Virus record (IMG/VR): IMGVR_UViG_3300028581_002181
Location: 1-64,000 of that record
Length of the DNA: 64,000 nt
DNA from: a virus
Reading direction: 5' to 3' (one strand)
Below are positions 1 to 7,583 of this stretch, in pieces. Each line of letters begins with the position of its first letter. Position 1 is the first letter of the stretch. The notes beneath the pieces are model-generated. The model had not been told where the DNA came from. It saw only the letters and a program-made list of their open reading frames with translations, and searched no databases. The translations under genes were made by a program, and so were the position numbers.

Positions 1-1
1 C

Positions 2-529
2 ACTGTGCCCAACACCACCATCAAACGAGATTTCAGCATGGACTTGCGTCTGGCTTTGGATGATCTCATGGCGGGTCAGTTTGCGGAGACCATGCAGATA
101 GGTGTCATGACAGTGACCTTAAGACCCATCAACTACAAAGAATTCACTGATGGTGCAATCAAAAGTTTTGAAGAACAAAGAATAGTCAACGTGGTCAACG
201 ACGACAAACTGGATGAGCAAACCAAAGTGGGAATGTTTCAACAGAGCTTTAGAAAACTCACAGACATCACCATAGCCATGGTGGCCAACAGTGTGGTCAG
301 CATAGCAGTGGATGGAGTGGTGGTCACAGATCCTGCACACATCACTGAATTCATTGCCAAGTCAGAAAAGAATTTTTATTCTGCTGTGATGGAGCATGTG
401 CAAAAACAAAGAGACTCTTTCAGCATCAAACCCATCAAGGTCACCAGCACACCTGAAGACATCAAAGCAGGCGCACCTGCCACTTTTGAAGTGCCTGTGA
501 CATTTGATCAGTCAAATTTTTTCGCATAA
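2..529 (+). CDS. Baseplate hub/tail assembly chaperone, T4 gp26-like (5'-truncated by window edge)
   Basis: Frame is open from the window edge to TAA 527-529. The C-terminus (..EVPVTFDQSNFFA) and its position before a gp51-like ORF resemble gp26-like genes of T4-like phages. Family call is from recollection. Confidence 0.6.
   Translation, partial: TVPNTTIKRDFSMDLRLALDDLMAGQFAETMQIGVMTVTLRPINYKEFTDGAIKSFEEQRIVNVVNDDKLDEQTKVGMFQQSFRKLTDITIAMVANSVVSIAVDGVVVTDPAHITEFIAKSEKNFYSAVMEHVQKQRDSFSIKPIKVTSTPEDIKAGAPATFEVPVTFDQSNFFA
514..523 (+). other. Tandem in-frame -1 slippery site (A AAT TTT / T TTT TTC)
   Basis: Sequence tca AAT TTT TTC gca TAA. Both heptamers fit X XXY YYZ in the reading frame, and the -1 frame is open from 508 to TAA 751-753. 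Confidence 0.7.
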
Positions 530-576
530 AAATACTTCCCAGCTCTCTGCCGACTATCTTAAAAGAAGTCAAGGAC

Positions 577-753
577 ATGGAGAATGAAACCAAAAATTTC
601 AAAATGGATCTGTTCAAAATGGCCTGGTACATGAGGGGCAGCATGAGTTTGGAAGATCTGTTCATGATCAGCTATGAAGATCGTGAAATCATCGGTCGTA
701 TCATCAAAGAAAACCTAGAAACTGCCAAAAAAACCGGCATGCCATTCTTTTAA
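577..753 (+). CDS. gp51-like baseplate hub assembly protein (58 aa from ATG 577; probably made as the -1 frameshift extension of the upstream ORF)
   Basis: Not in the ORF track. Translated by hand: MENETKNFKMDLFKMAWYMRGSMSLEDLFMISYEDREIIGRIIKENLETAKKTGMPFF. The only SD-like AAGGA is 1 nt from the ATG. Confidence 0.65.
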   Translation: MENETKNFKMDLFKMAWYMRGSMSLEDLFMISYEDREIIGRIIKENLETAKKTGMPFF

Positions 754-810
754 TCGCCCAGCACGGCATTAGAAACCAAATAATATATTTTAATCTCTTC
801 AGTCTGCACT

Positions 811-816
811 TAAATA
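811..816 (+). promoter_or_regulatory. Putative late promoter TAAATA
   Basis: TAAATA 8 nt upstream of ATG 825; same motif as before many other genes. Confidence 0.4.
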
Positions 817-824
817 TTCCTACG

Positions 825-1415
825 ATGAGAGTGTACACACAGTCAAACGTGAATCACACCATACCGGACGGGGACATTTGGTTGCCCTGTATCACCACTG
901 AGGCAGTGGCGCATGTGGCTGCTGTGACTCAACCTTTGCTGATCACACACATTGCGGCCATACAACACTACCAACATGCCATCACAGAATTATTGAATCT
1001 GCCCATACAGTGTGTGGGACGTCACACAGCAGAGCGATTGAGACACATGGGCTTCTCACACATACGCTGCAGACTGCGAGCAGAAGATGTGCAGATTGAT
1101 TCAGCCACCACGTGGCTGCGCGGCAACCAATTTGCCAGAAACTTTGCTGAGAATAATCTAGTGACTCAAATACAAACCTATCACAGTGTGTTGAATCATG
1201 CCAACATAGACAGATTGCTGAACATGCAGCCCGAGAGTGTGCATGTGTACAGTCATGCTGTGCTGCAGGCTCTGCAAGTGAGATCTTGGCCGCACACTGA
1301 CCTCTACAGGGTGCGATCAGCACCCGCGCAAGAAAATCTGTGGCAGTCAGTCACAGAATTCGATCCTAACCTGCCGCATGACGCTGCACAGGCACTCAAA
1401 CAACTCACCAACTAA
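825..1415 (+). CDS. Uroporphyrinogen-III synthase (HemD)-like protein
   Basis: Motif order CVGRHTAERLRHMGF, WLRGN, QIQTYHS, VHVYSHAVLQAL matches HemD-fold hallmarks (VGxxTAxxLxxxG, lrG, vY, S-x-S-like). Divergent and short (196 aa). Confidence 0.5.
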   Translation: MRVYTQSNVNHTIPDGDIWLPCITTEAVAHVAAVTQPLLITHIAAIQHYQHAITELLNLPIQCVGRHTAERLRHMGFSHIRCRLRAEDVQIDSATTWLRGNQFARNFAENNLVTQIQTYHSVLNHANIDRLLNMQPESVHVYSHAVLQALQVRSWPHTDLYRVRSAPAQENLWQSVTEFDPNLPHDAAQALKQLTN

Positions 1416-1434
1416 TCACAAAGGAGACAATCTC

Positions 1435-1563
1435 ATGATAACCACCATATTGAACATTGCCACACTGCTGTTGATCATAGGCATGGCCTGGCACATTTGG
1501 CACGGTGACGAACAAGATCAGATGAAAAAACAACGTAGACCTCGCGATCCCAAACACAAGTAG
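1435..1563 (+). CDS. Small single-TM protein (42 aa)
   Basis: SD AAGGAG at 1421-1426, ATG 1435, hydrophobic N-terminus ILNIATLLLIIGMAWHIW, basic tail. Confidence 0.6.
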   Translation: MITTILNIATLLLIIGMAWHIWHGDEQDQMKKQRRPRDPKHK

Positions 1564-1564
1564 T

Positions 1565-1920
1565 GGACGAACCAGTTCGTCCAAGTGATCGCTGCGCTCT
1601 CACTGTTTGAATCAATCAAGTTGCGAAGCAACTGCTCGCTCATACAGATAGCGGATCCATACTTCTCCCAGAACAGGGAGAAGTGGTGACGTCATACGAG
1701 ATGAGCACGCCATCTTGAACAGCCATCACTACACGGGGCGGTAGCCCTATACCCCCTCAGGCTGACTTCATTGCTACGGAACACGGGATCAGCGGTTCAA
1801 GCCACTGATCTGTGTGGGTGTTGTGTCTTTTTCACAGAGCACCATCCTTTTTGCCTACAGTGCAACTCAGGATTCACTTTCCCTTGCGGGTGCATTTCCT
1901 GGATCTCACGATCACCAGTG
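1565..1920 (-). ncRNA. Candidate ~350-nt structured non-coding RNA (unassigned family)
   Basis: No credible ORF; 186/360 G+C counted over 1561-1920. Closing helix GGUGAUCGU(1916-1908)/GCGAUCACU(1592-1584), CCC-GCAA-GGG GNRA hairpin, 9-bp hairpins at 1810-1787 and 1684-1661, and G-U pairs that work only on the minus strand. Confidence 0.55.
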
Positions 1921-1923
1921 TTG

Positions 1924-2358
1924 CTATGGTTTTGCCTTGAGCCTTTTTAATTCTTCTCGCAGCAGATTGCTGCCGCCTATTCTCACATTGATGATGCCAT
2001 TGTAGTATTCATCTGATTCCAACACTCTGCGTTCAAACTGTTCCAAAGCCTCCAAATAGCCCATCACGCCTCGGCTGCGACAGATGTACAATATTTCTCG
2101 AGTGAATTGATCCATTCCCAAACGCTGCACATCCTGCAACAACTGTTCATTGCTGCCCCAGTAGTCTTTCCAGTCACTCTCCACCCGGCTTCTGCGTCGG
2201 TTCACTCGGCCTTTGAGTGGTGGTCGTGATTTTTTGAACTGGGCCAATTTCTTGCCCACGTACTTGCGACCTGTTTGAAGATTGGTGATGAGATACACAA
2301 ATCCTTCAGTGCCCATCGGCAGAGAATCTATGGGTTGACCTTGATACATCCATGACAT
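1924..2358 (-). CDS. Stand-alone GIY-YIG endonuclease (Seg-like / endonuclease II-like)
   Basis: GFVYLITNLQTGRKYVGKK motif, downstream YWGS and conserved Glu, YYNGII tail. 144 aa with no appended DNA-binding domain. Confidence 0.85.
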   Translation of the reverse strand: MSWMYQGQPIDSLPMGTEGFVYLITNLQTGRKYVGKKLAQFKKSRPPLKGRVNRRRSRVESDWKDYWGSNEQLLQDVQRLGMDQFTREILYICRSRGVMGYLEALEQFERRVLESDEYYNGIINVRIGGSNLLREELKRLKAKP

Positions 2359-2363
2359 GCCAT

Positions 2364-2369
2364 TACTTA
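2364..2369 (-). promoter_or_regulatory. Putative late promoter variant TAAGTA, 5 nt before ATG
   Basis: Minus strand reads TAAGTA-atggc-ATG(2358). Confidence 0.45.
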
Positions 2370-2433
2370 CATCAGTGAGATTTCATCCAGCAGAGTCTTG
2401 GATCTTTGTGATATTTTGGCAGTGATTGAAAAG

Positions 2434-2517
2434 TTTTGGTAACCAAAAGGCACACAAAATTTTTGCGCCGCAGTTTTGTACTTCGTACAAACTATAGTGT
2501 CTACCGCAGCGGCTGCG
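2434..2517. repeat. Cluster of short inverted repeats
   Basis: TTTTGGT-A-ACCAAAA (2434-2448), AGTTTTGTAC-TTC-GTACAAACT (2472-2493), CGCAGC-G-GCTGCG (2505-2517). Confidence 0.6.
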
Positions 2518-2522
2518 CCGTG

Positions 2523-2723
2523 CTACTGGCTGCGATTCTTCTCTTTGTGCTGTTTGTATTCACGCACAATTTCTGCTCGGCGTGTGCGACCCAGTTTGCG
2601 TATTTCACTCAACCATTTTCGGGCCTGTATTTTGCTCTGTCGGCTGGGTCTTTTGGCAAACTTTTCATTGTATTTGAAGTAGTTCATGTAGGCCTTGGTC
2701 AATAAATCATGTGTGTCGTCCAT
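2523..2723 (-). CDS. Small basic protein, possibly histone H1-like Hc1-type
   Basis: SD AGGAG upstream. 66 aa, Lys/Arg rich, pattern Y..Y...NEKF......QARKWLSEIRKL...RRAEI. Confidence 0.5.
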   Translation of the reverse strand: MDDTHDLLTKAYMNYFKYNEKFAKRPSRQSKIQARKWLSEIRKLGRTRRAEIVREYKQHKEKNRSQ

Positions 2724-2731
2724 GTGTGCTC

Positions 2732-4510
2732 CTATATCTCGTGAAATTCAGTTGAATTGCTGTAGGAAGTGAATCCATTTTCTTTGATCACTTTGAGTGT
2801 GTTGTTGACCCTACCCATTAGTTCATCTCTGTGGCTGATCAGATATATGCTCTTGCCACGCTCTCTACTCATGCGTTTCAGTATGGCAATGGATGATTCC
2901 ACACCCGCTGTGTCCAATCCAGAATCAATCAATTCATCTATGAACAACAGATTGATCTCTTGATACAAACTTTCCCACACATCTCTGAATGCAAAGCTCA
3001 ATCCCAATATCAATCTATTGCGCTCACCTCTGCTGAGATTGTCAAAGTCAAGTTCTTGGCCCAACATGGTAATCTGCACACTCAAATCGTTTTTGAATGT
3101 CACTGTGTGCGGCAAGCCCAATGCTGTGAGATAGTGTGTGAGCCTGTTGTTTAAGAAAGCCAAATTCTGATCTATGATCTTCTTTCTGATAAAACTGTCC
3201 TTGTTGGTCAACAGTTTTAACAAAAATTCTTGATGATCTTTGAGCGTTTGCAAACGATTCACTTCACTCCAGTCCAGTTCTTGCAATGCTTCTGTGCTGA
3301 GTTCTGTGATTTGATCCACATAAGGATTTTGTTCTGCTTGTTTGTTTTTTAGTGTGGATTTATAAGTTTCCAGATGTTGTCTGTGCTCATATGCTTCTTT
3401 GACAGTGTCATAGTATGTGTCTGGACGTGTGTCTTGTGTGCCCATGAGTTTGATGGCTTCATCTATCACTGCTATTTCAGACTGTATGCTTTGATTGTAG
3501 TTGACTGCTTCACCATATTCTTCTTCCAACTTGCGTTGTATTTCACAAAATTTATCATTGTGTAATTCCTGACCACAGGCATAACAAGTGGCTTTGTCAT
3601 ACAGTTTATCCAGATCATTGCCCACTTTATTAACTGTTTTGTCTGCCTGCAGCAGCGTCATTTCCAAACTGCTCTTATCTTTTTGTAATTGTTTCAGTTC
3701 ATTGCTGAATTTGGTCCATTCTTCCAACTGTTGATGTGTGGCCAACTCTTGATCAATGTCCACAGACTCCAGTTCCTTGATGGATTTATTCAGTTTTTCA
3801 ATGTCCAAATTCTTTTGTGTGTTCCAAATTTTTTCTTTGTTGCTCAATGAGTTGATGGTTTCTTTGATCTTTTCATTGCTCATTTTGAGACCTTCCAAAC
3901 GTGCATTTTCCATGGCCATGTCTTCTTTGCTGACTCTGATGCGATCTTTCAACAGTTCTGCTTTTTCGCTCAGCAGTGTGATGCCCAACAACTGTTCTAT
4001 GATGTCTTTTTGATCATTGGCACTCATGCTCAAGAACGGTTCTGTGTATGTGTTCAATGCCAATATGTGTTTGAACATGGCATGTGATAATCCCAACATG
4101 TGATTGATAGCAGCCTGAGTCATTCTGCTGTCTCCTTGGCTCTCATCAGTGATCTCTTGTTCACTGTCATTGATAAAATATCTTAGAGTGTTGGGGCGTC
4201 TGCCTCTTTCAATGCGATATTTCACACCATCCTTTTCAAAAGTCAGTGTGACCAACATGTTTTTGTTGTTGGTCTTGTTGACCAAATTCTCTCTGCGTAT
4301 TTTTGTTAATGCTTCACCAAACAGTCCATAACTCAGTGCATTGATCAGTGTGGTTTTACCAGTGCCGTTTCTGCTGCCTGCATCATCTCCACCTTGATCC
4401 AAGTTTTCACCCAACACCAATGTGAGTCTTTGTTTGTCCAGCATCACTCCTTGGGTCTGATTGCCCACACTCATGAAATTTTTAACTGTTAGACTCTTAA
4501 TTTTTATCAT
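2732..4510 (-). CDS. gp46: Recombination exonuclease ATPase subunit, T4 gp46 (Rad50/SbcC-like)
   Basis: Walker A GTGKTT, coiled coil with zinc-hook CYAC, signature LSRGE, Walker B LLFIDE, ISH loop. Confidence 0.95.
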   Translation of the reverse strand: MIKIKSLTVKNFMSVGNQTQGVMLDKQRLTLVLGENLDQGGDDAGSRNGTGKTTLINALSYGLFGEALTKIRRENLVNKTNNKNMLVTLTFEKDGVKYRIERGRRPNTLRYFINDSEQEITDESQGDSRMTQAAINHMLGLSHAMFKHILALNTYTEPFLSMSANDQKDIIEQLLGITLLSEKAELLKDRIRVSKEDMAMENARLEGLKMSNEKIKETINSLSNKEKIWNTQKNLDIEKLNKSIKELESVDIDQELATHQQLEEWTKFSNELKQLQKDKSSLEMTLLQADKTVNKVGNDLDKLYDKATCYACGQELHNDKFCEIQRKLEEEYGEAVNYNQSIQSEIAVIDEAIKLMGTQDTRPDTYYDTVKEAYEHRQHLETYKSTLKNKQAEQNPYVDQITELSTEALQELDWSEVNRLQTLKDHQEFLLKLLTNKDSFIRKKIIDQNLAFLNNRLTHYLTALGLPHTVTFKNDLSVQITMLGQELDFDNLSRGERNRLILGLSFAFRDVWESLYQEINLLFIDELIDSGLDTAGVESSIAILKRMSRERGKSIYLISHRDELMGRVNNTLKVIKENGFTSYSNSTEFHEI

Positions 4511-5514
4511 TGTAGATCTCTGTAAATTTCCAGCAGTGTGTTTTTGTTGTAGCTGTCGGATTCTATGGCATTGATTTCTTTGCTGACAATTTCATCCACA
4601 GATTCAAAACGTGTGATATCCAGTGTGCTGGTCATTTCATCATCTTTTTTGCCAGGAATCAGCACAATTTCTCTGCAGTTGTAATCTTTTATAAAAGTTT
4701 CTTTGATAAAACTGGCTTCTTCATAGCTGATGTCTATGTCCAATGTGACTTGCAAGTGCATCTTGGGCAGTATGATATTCTTTGCATCATTTAATAATTG
4801 ACTCAGATTGACTTTCAAATATCTTGGACAATTGTACCAATTGATGTATCTGGGAGTGCCACCATGTTCCATGATCATCATACCACGCTGATCATCATTC
4901 ACATCTGCATAGTTGTGTGGCATAGGATTGCCAATGTAATGTATGTTTCTTGCTGTTTGTCTCTTGTGAAAATGTCCTGTGAACACATATTCTGGATGCA
5001 CAAAATCCACTGCTTGTATCAATCCAGTGTCTGGCATTTCTATCATGGCGTTCATTAAAAAGTGTGGCAATTCAAAATGACCAAACATGTATCTGCTTTT
5101 GATTTTTTTGATCTGTTTGTATTCATCTCCCACCAACCAAGGCACCAAAGTCACATCATCTATGGTGGTGGTTTCTGTGATCACAGTGATTCCTGGAATG
5201 AATCTTGCAAACTCCACTGAGTGAATATCACGCTTGTCCTTGTAGTACAGATCGTGATTGCCAGGAAAGAAATAAAATTTTTCAAATGCTTTGCCCAGTT
5301 TTTCCAAACATTTGATGGAAACATCCATGGTCATCAAATTTAATGAATTTCTATTGTGATGCCAGTCACCACAGAATATGCCTGTTTCGCAATTGTTTTG
5401 TTTGGCTTGTTCTATGAACCAATCCACGAATTCTTCACAATCTTGATTGTGAATCATGCTGTTGCTCTTCAAGCCAAAATGTATGTCAGTAAAGACTGCT
5501 GCTTTTTTAAACAT
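4507..5514 (-). CDS. gp47: Recombination endonuclease subunit, T4 gp47 (Mre11/SbcD-like)
   Basis: Metallophosphoesterase motifs DIH, GD, GNHD, GHF, GHFH; coupled to gp46. ATG at 5514. Confidence 0.95.
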   Translation of the reverse strand: MFKKAAVFTDIHFGLKSNSMIHNQDCEEFVDWFIEQAKQNNCETGIFCGDWHHNRNSLNLMTMDVSIKCLEKLGKAFEKFYFFPGNHDLYYKDKRDIHSVEFARFIPGITVITETTTIDDVTLVPWLVGDEYKQIKKIKSRYMFGHFELPHFLMNAMIEMPDTGLIQAVDFVHPEYVFTGHFHKRQTARNIHYIGNPMPHNYADVNDDQRGMMIMEHGGTPRYINWYNCPRYLKVNLSQLLNDAKNIILPKMHLQVTLDIDISYEEASFIKETFIKDYNCREIVLIPGKKDDEMTSTLDITRFESVDEIVSKEINAIESDSYNKNTLLEIYRDLQ

Positions 5515-5537
5515 CAAATATAAATTTCCAAGACTTC

Positions 5538-5566
5538 ATTGTAAACAAAAAATTGAATAAAGTCAA
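5538..5566 (-). promoter_or_regulatory. Sigma70-type early promoter for gp47-gp46
   Basis: Minus strand TTGACT-17 nt-TACAAT in the intergenic gap. Confidence 0.75.
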
Positions 5567-5570
5567 TAAG

Positions 5571-6395
5571 TTAAATTTTCTTTTTGAATTCCCGGTCCAC
5601 AGCATTTTGATATGCTTCTGCGTTTTGACGTGTGTGACTGGGCATCATGTCATTCATTTCCAGAATGTCATCTCTGATATTTTGATTTCTTTTTTCGATA
5701 TTGATGATTCTCACAAATGAATTGGTCACGGCTGCTGTGTAGTAAGCAAATGGATTGTTAGACTTTGATTCATCAAATTGCAAACCAATCTGAGTCAACT
5801 GCAGTATGGCTTGTCCTTGCATCTCATCATTATAAGTGTAACCTCTCACATTGCCTCGGGTGGCATAGCGCTCACACAGTTTCATCCACATCATGGCCAG
5901 TTTGTTTGTGGGCTTGCCGCCCTCTTTAGTAAACTTGCCATTGTGCATGCCACCTTCCCAGTGACTTTTGCCCACACATGAAAGATGGTCTTTCTCGTCA
6001 TACTTCCAATGTTGGAAAGCTGGAAAGTTCACTTTGATTTTGGAGTCTGCGGAACTCTTGGGATTTTTTTTACGACCTGGTTCATTGGGTATGTGATCAT
6101 AGGTCATGACTCTAAACACCAAGTCTTCTTTTTTAATTTTTTTGTAATCCACTTCGCACTCAGACAATTTAACTTTGGGATTCACTGCTTTGCGTTTTTC
6201 AAACTCTTCCTGCGCTAATCGTTTGGCTCTGGCACGTTTGGCTTCTGCTATGGTTCTCACATTGATGCGTTCCAAGGATGACACAATGGCATCGTATCTG
6301 TGATGCTCGTCTTTGGTGTAGCTGCAATAGCTGTTCTTGGATTTGTGTATCTCTTCCAACAGATCTTTGTTGTTTAGATAGTTGATTTTTTTCAT
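5571..6395 (-). CDS. gp55: Late-transcription sigma factor, T4 gp55-like
   Basis: NYLNNKDLL start, RGYTYNDEM, FDESKSNNPFAYYT, EKRNQNIRD; next to gp47/gp46 as in T4-like phages. Confidence 0.85.
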   Translation of the reverse strand: MKKINYLNNKDLLEEIHKSKNSYCSYTKDEHHRYDAIVSSLERINVRTIAEAKRARAKRLAQEEFEKRKAVNPKVKLSECEVDYKKIKKEDLVFRVMTYDHIPNEPGRKKNPKSSADSKIKVNFPAFQHWKYDEKDHLSCVGKSHWEGGMHNGKFTKEGGKPTNKLAMMWMKLCERYATRGNVRGYTYNDEMQGQAILQLTQIGLQFDESKSNNPFAYYTAAVTNSFVRIINIEKRNQNIRDDILEMNDMMPSHTRQNAEAYQNAVDREFKKKI

Positions 6396-6419
6396 TGAAT
6401 TCCTTTGTAATTAGCCTTC

Positions 6420-6448
6420 AGTATAAACTACGCAGTTAATTTTGTCAA
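6420..6448 (-). promoter_or_regulatory. Sigma70-type early promoter for gp55
   Basis: Minus strand TTGACA-17 nt-TATACT, followed by an AAGGA SD. Confidence 0.85.
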
Positions 6449-6454
6449 TAAATA
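6449..6454 (+). promoter_or_regulatory. Putative late promoter TAAATA for the baseplate operon
   Basis: ATAAATA directly abutting the divergent -35 box, 17 nt before ATG 6472. Confidence 0.6.
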
Positions 6455-6471
6455 CTTGATATATTTGACAT

Positions 6472-7278
6472 ATGGCGGAATTCATAAAAAAAACACTGGG
6501 TGCAGCCACAGCAGCGGTAATAGGCGCTGGAGCAGCCAAAGTCATCAGCAGCCAATTCAACATGAGTGATGTGAGGGGTAAATTTCTGCCCAAAGATGGC
6601 ATAGGTGCTACCAAAACTTTGACACAAGCCACAGCACTGACTAAACCAGGCGAAAAAGATTGGAGAGTCAAATTAAGCATTCCTACTTCATTCAAAGACA
6701 GTAGATTGATGCTGCCTGTGATGAAAACTGGAGGATTTACATTTCCTTTCACGCCAAGCATACTCATGTCGCACACAGCACAATACACTGATAATAATCC
6801 TGCACACACCAATTATACTTTTAGTTCATTCAATTACAGCACAGTGGATAATATTCAGATCAACGGTGATTTCTACGTGCAAAATTCAGTGGAAGCAGAA
6901 TATTGGGTTTCCTGTGTTCACTATCTTAGAAGTGCCACCAAAATGCGTTATGGCGAAGGCAGTTCTGATGCAGGATCACCACCACCAGTGGTACTGTTGA
7001 ATGGTTATGGAGATTTTGTTTTCAAAAATGTGCCGGTGATCATACAAAGTTTTAACATAGACTTGTCAGCGGAAGTAGACTACATTCAAACTGGATTATT
7101 TGCAGAGGCACAAGGAGATTTTGATGCTGGCACGTATCAAAGTTATGCTTGGGCTCCTTCACAAAGTTTGATCACTGTGCAGGTCAAACCTCAGTACAGC
7201 AGAACTGCTGTGTCTCAGTTCAATATGAATAATTTTGTCAATGGCAAATATGTGCAAGGCGAAGGAGGATTCATCTAA
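6472..7278 (+). CDS. Baseplate/tail-tube initiator-like protein (gp48/gp54-type)
   Basis: DWRVKLS..GGFTFPFTP..HTNY..PPPVVLLNGYGDFVFKNVPVII pattern typical of tube-initiator proteins; first gene of the baseplate module. Confidence 0.6.
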   Translation: MAEFIKKTLGAATAAVIGAGAAKVISSQFNMSDVRGKFLPKDGIGATKTLTQATALTKPGEKDWRVKLSIPTSFKDSRLMLPVMKTGGFTFPFTPSILMSHTAQYTDNNPAHTNYTFSSFNYSTVDNIQINGDFYVQNSVEAEYWVSCVHYLRSATKMRYGEGSSDAGSPPPVVLLNGYGDFVFKNVPVIIQSFNIDLSAEVDYIQTGLFAEAQGDFDAGTYQSYAWAPSQSLITVQVKPQYSRTAVSQFNMNNFVNGKYVQGEGGFI

Positions 7279-7580
7279 TGGCTCAATATCAATCATACAG
7301 TCCTTTTGCCCGCACACAAACAGTGAATGATCAATATTTAGATTTGCTCAGTATCAGACCCATTCCAGCCACTGCAGATGATGTGTTGTACACTGTGGAA
7401 CCACAATACACTCATAGACCAGATTTATTAGCATATGACTTGTACAACAACACAAAACTATGGTGGGTGTTTGCACAAAGAAATATGGATGTGATCAAAG
7501 ATCCTGTGTATGATTTGGTGGCAGGCATAAAAATTTATCTTCCACAAGGACCCAAATTACGACAAGCCTTAGGAATCTAA
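7278..7580 (+). CDS. LysM/tail-X-like baseplate wedge protein (gp53-like)
   Basis: RPDLLAYDLYNNTKLWWVFAQRN..DP..L.AG.KIYLP LysM-like motif; TAATG coupling. Confidence 0.75.
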   Translation: MAQYQSYSPFARTQTVNDQYLDLLSIRPIPATADDVLYTVEPQYTHRPDLLAYDLYNNTKLWWVFAQRNMDVIKDPVYDLVAGIKIYLPQGPKLRQALGI

Positions 7581-7583
7581 CCA

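Noticed and set aside
1565-1920. RNase P RNA, tmRNA, or group I/II intron identity for the structured region
   Set aside because: AGGAAAUG only weakly resembles RNase P GAGGAAAGUCC, with no room for P2/P3 and no CR-V. There is no tRNA-like domain or tag ORF. No group I R/S (P7) or group II domain V motif was found, and no host gene is interrupted.
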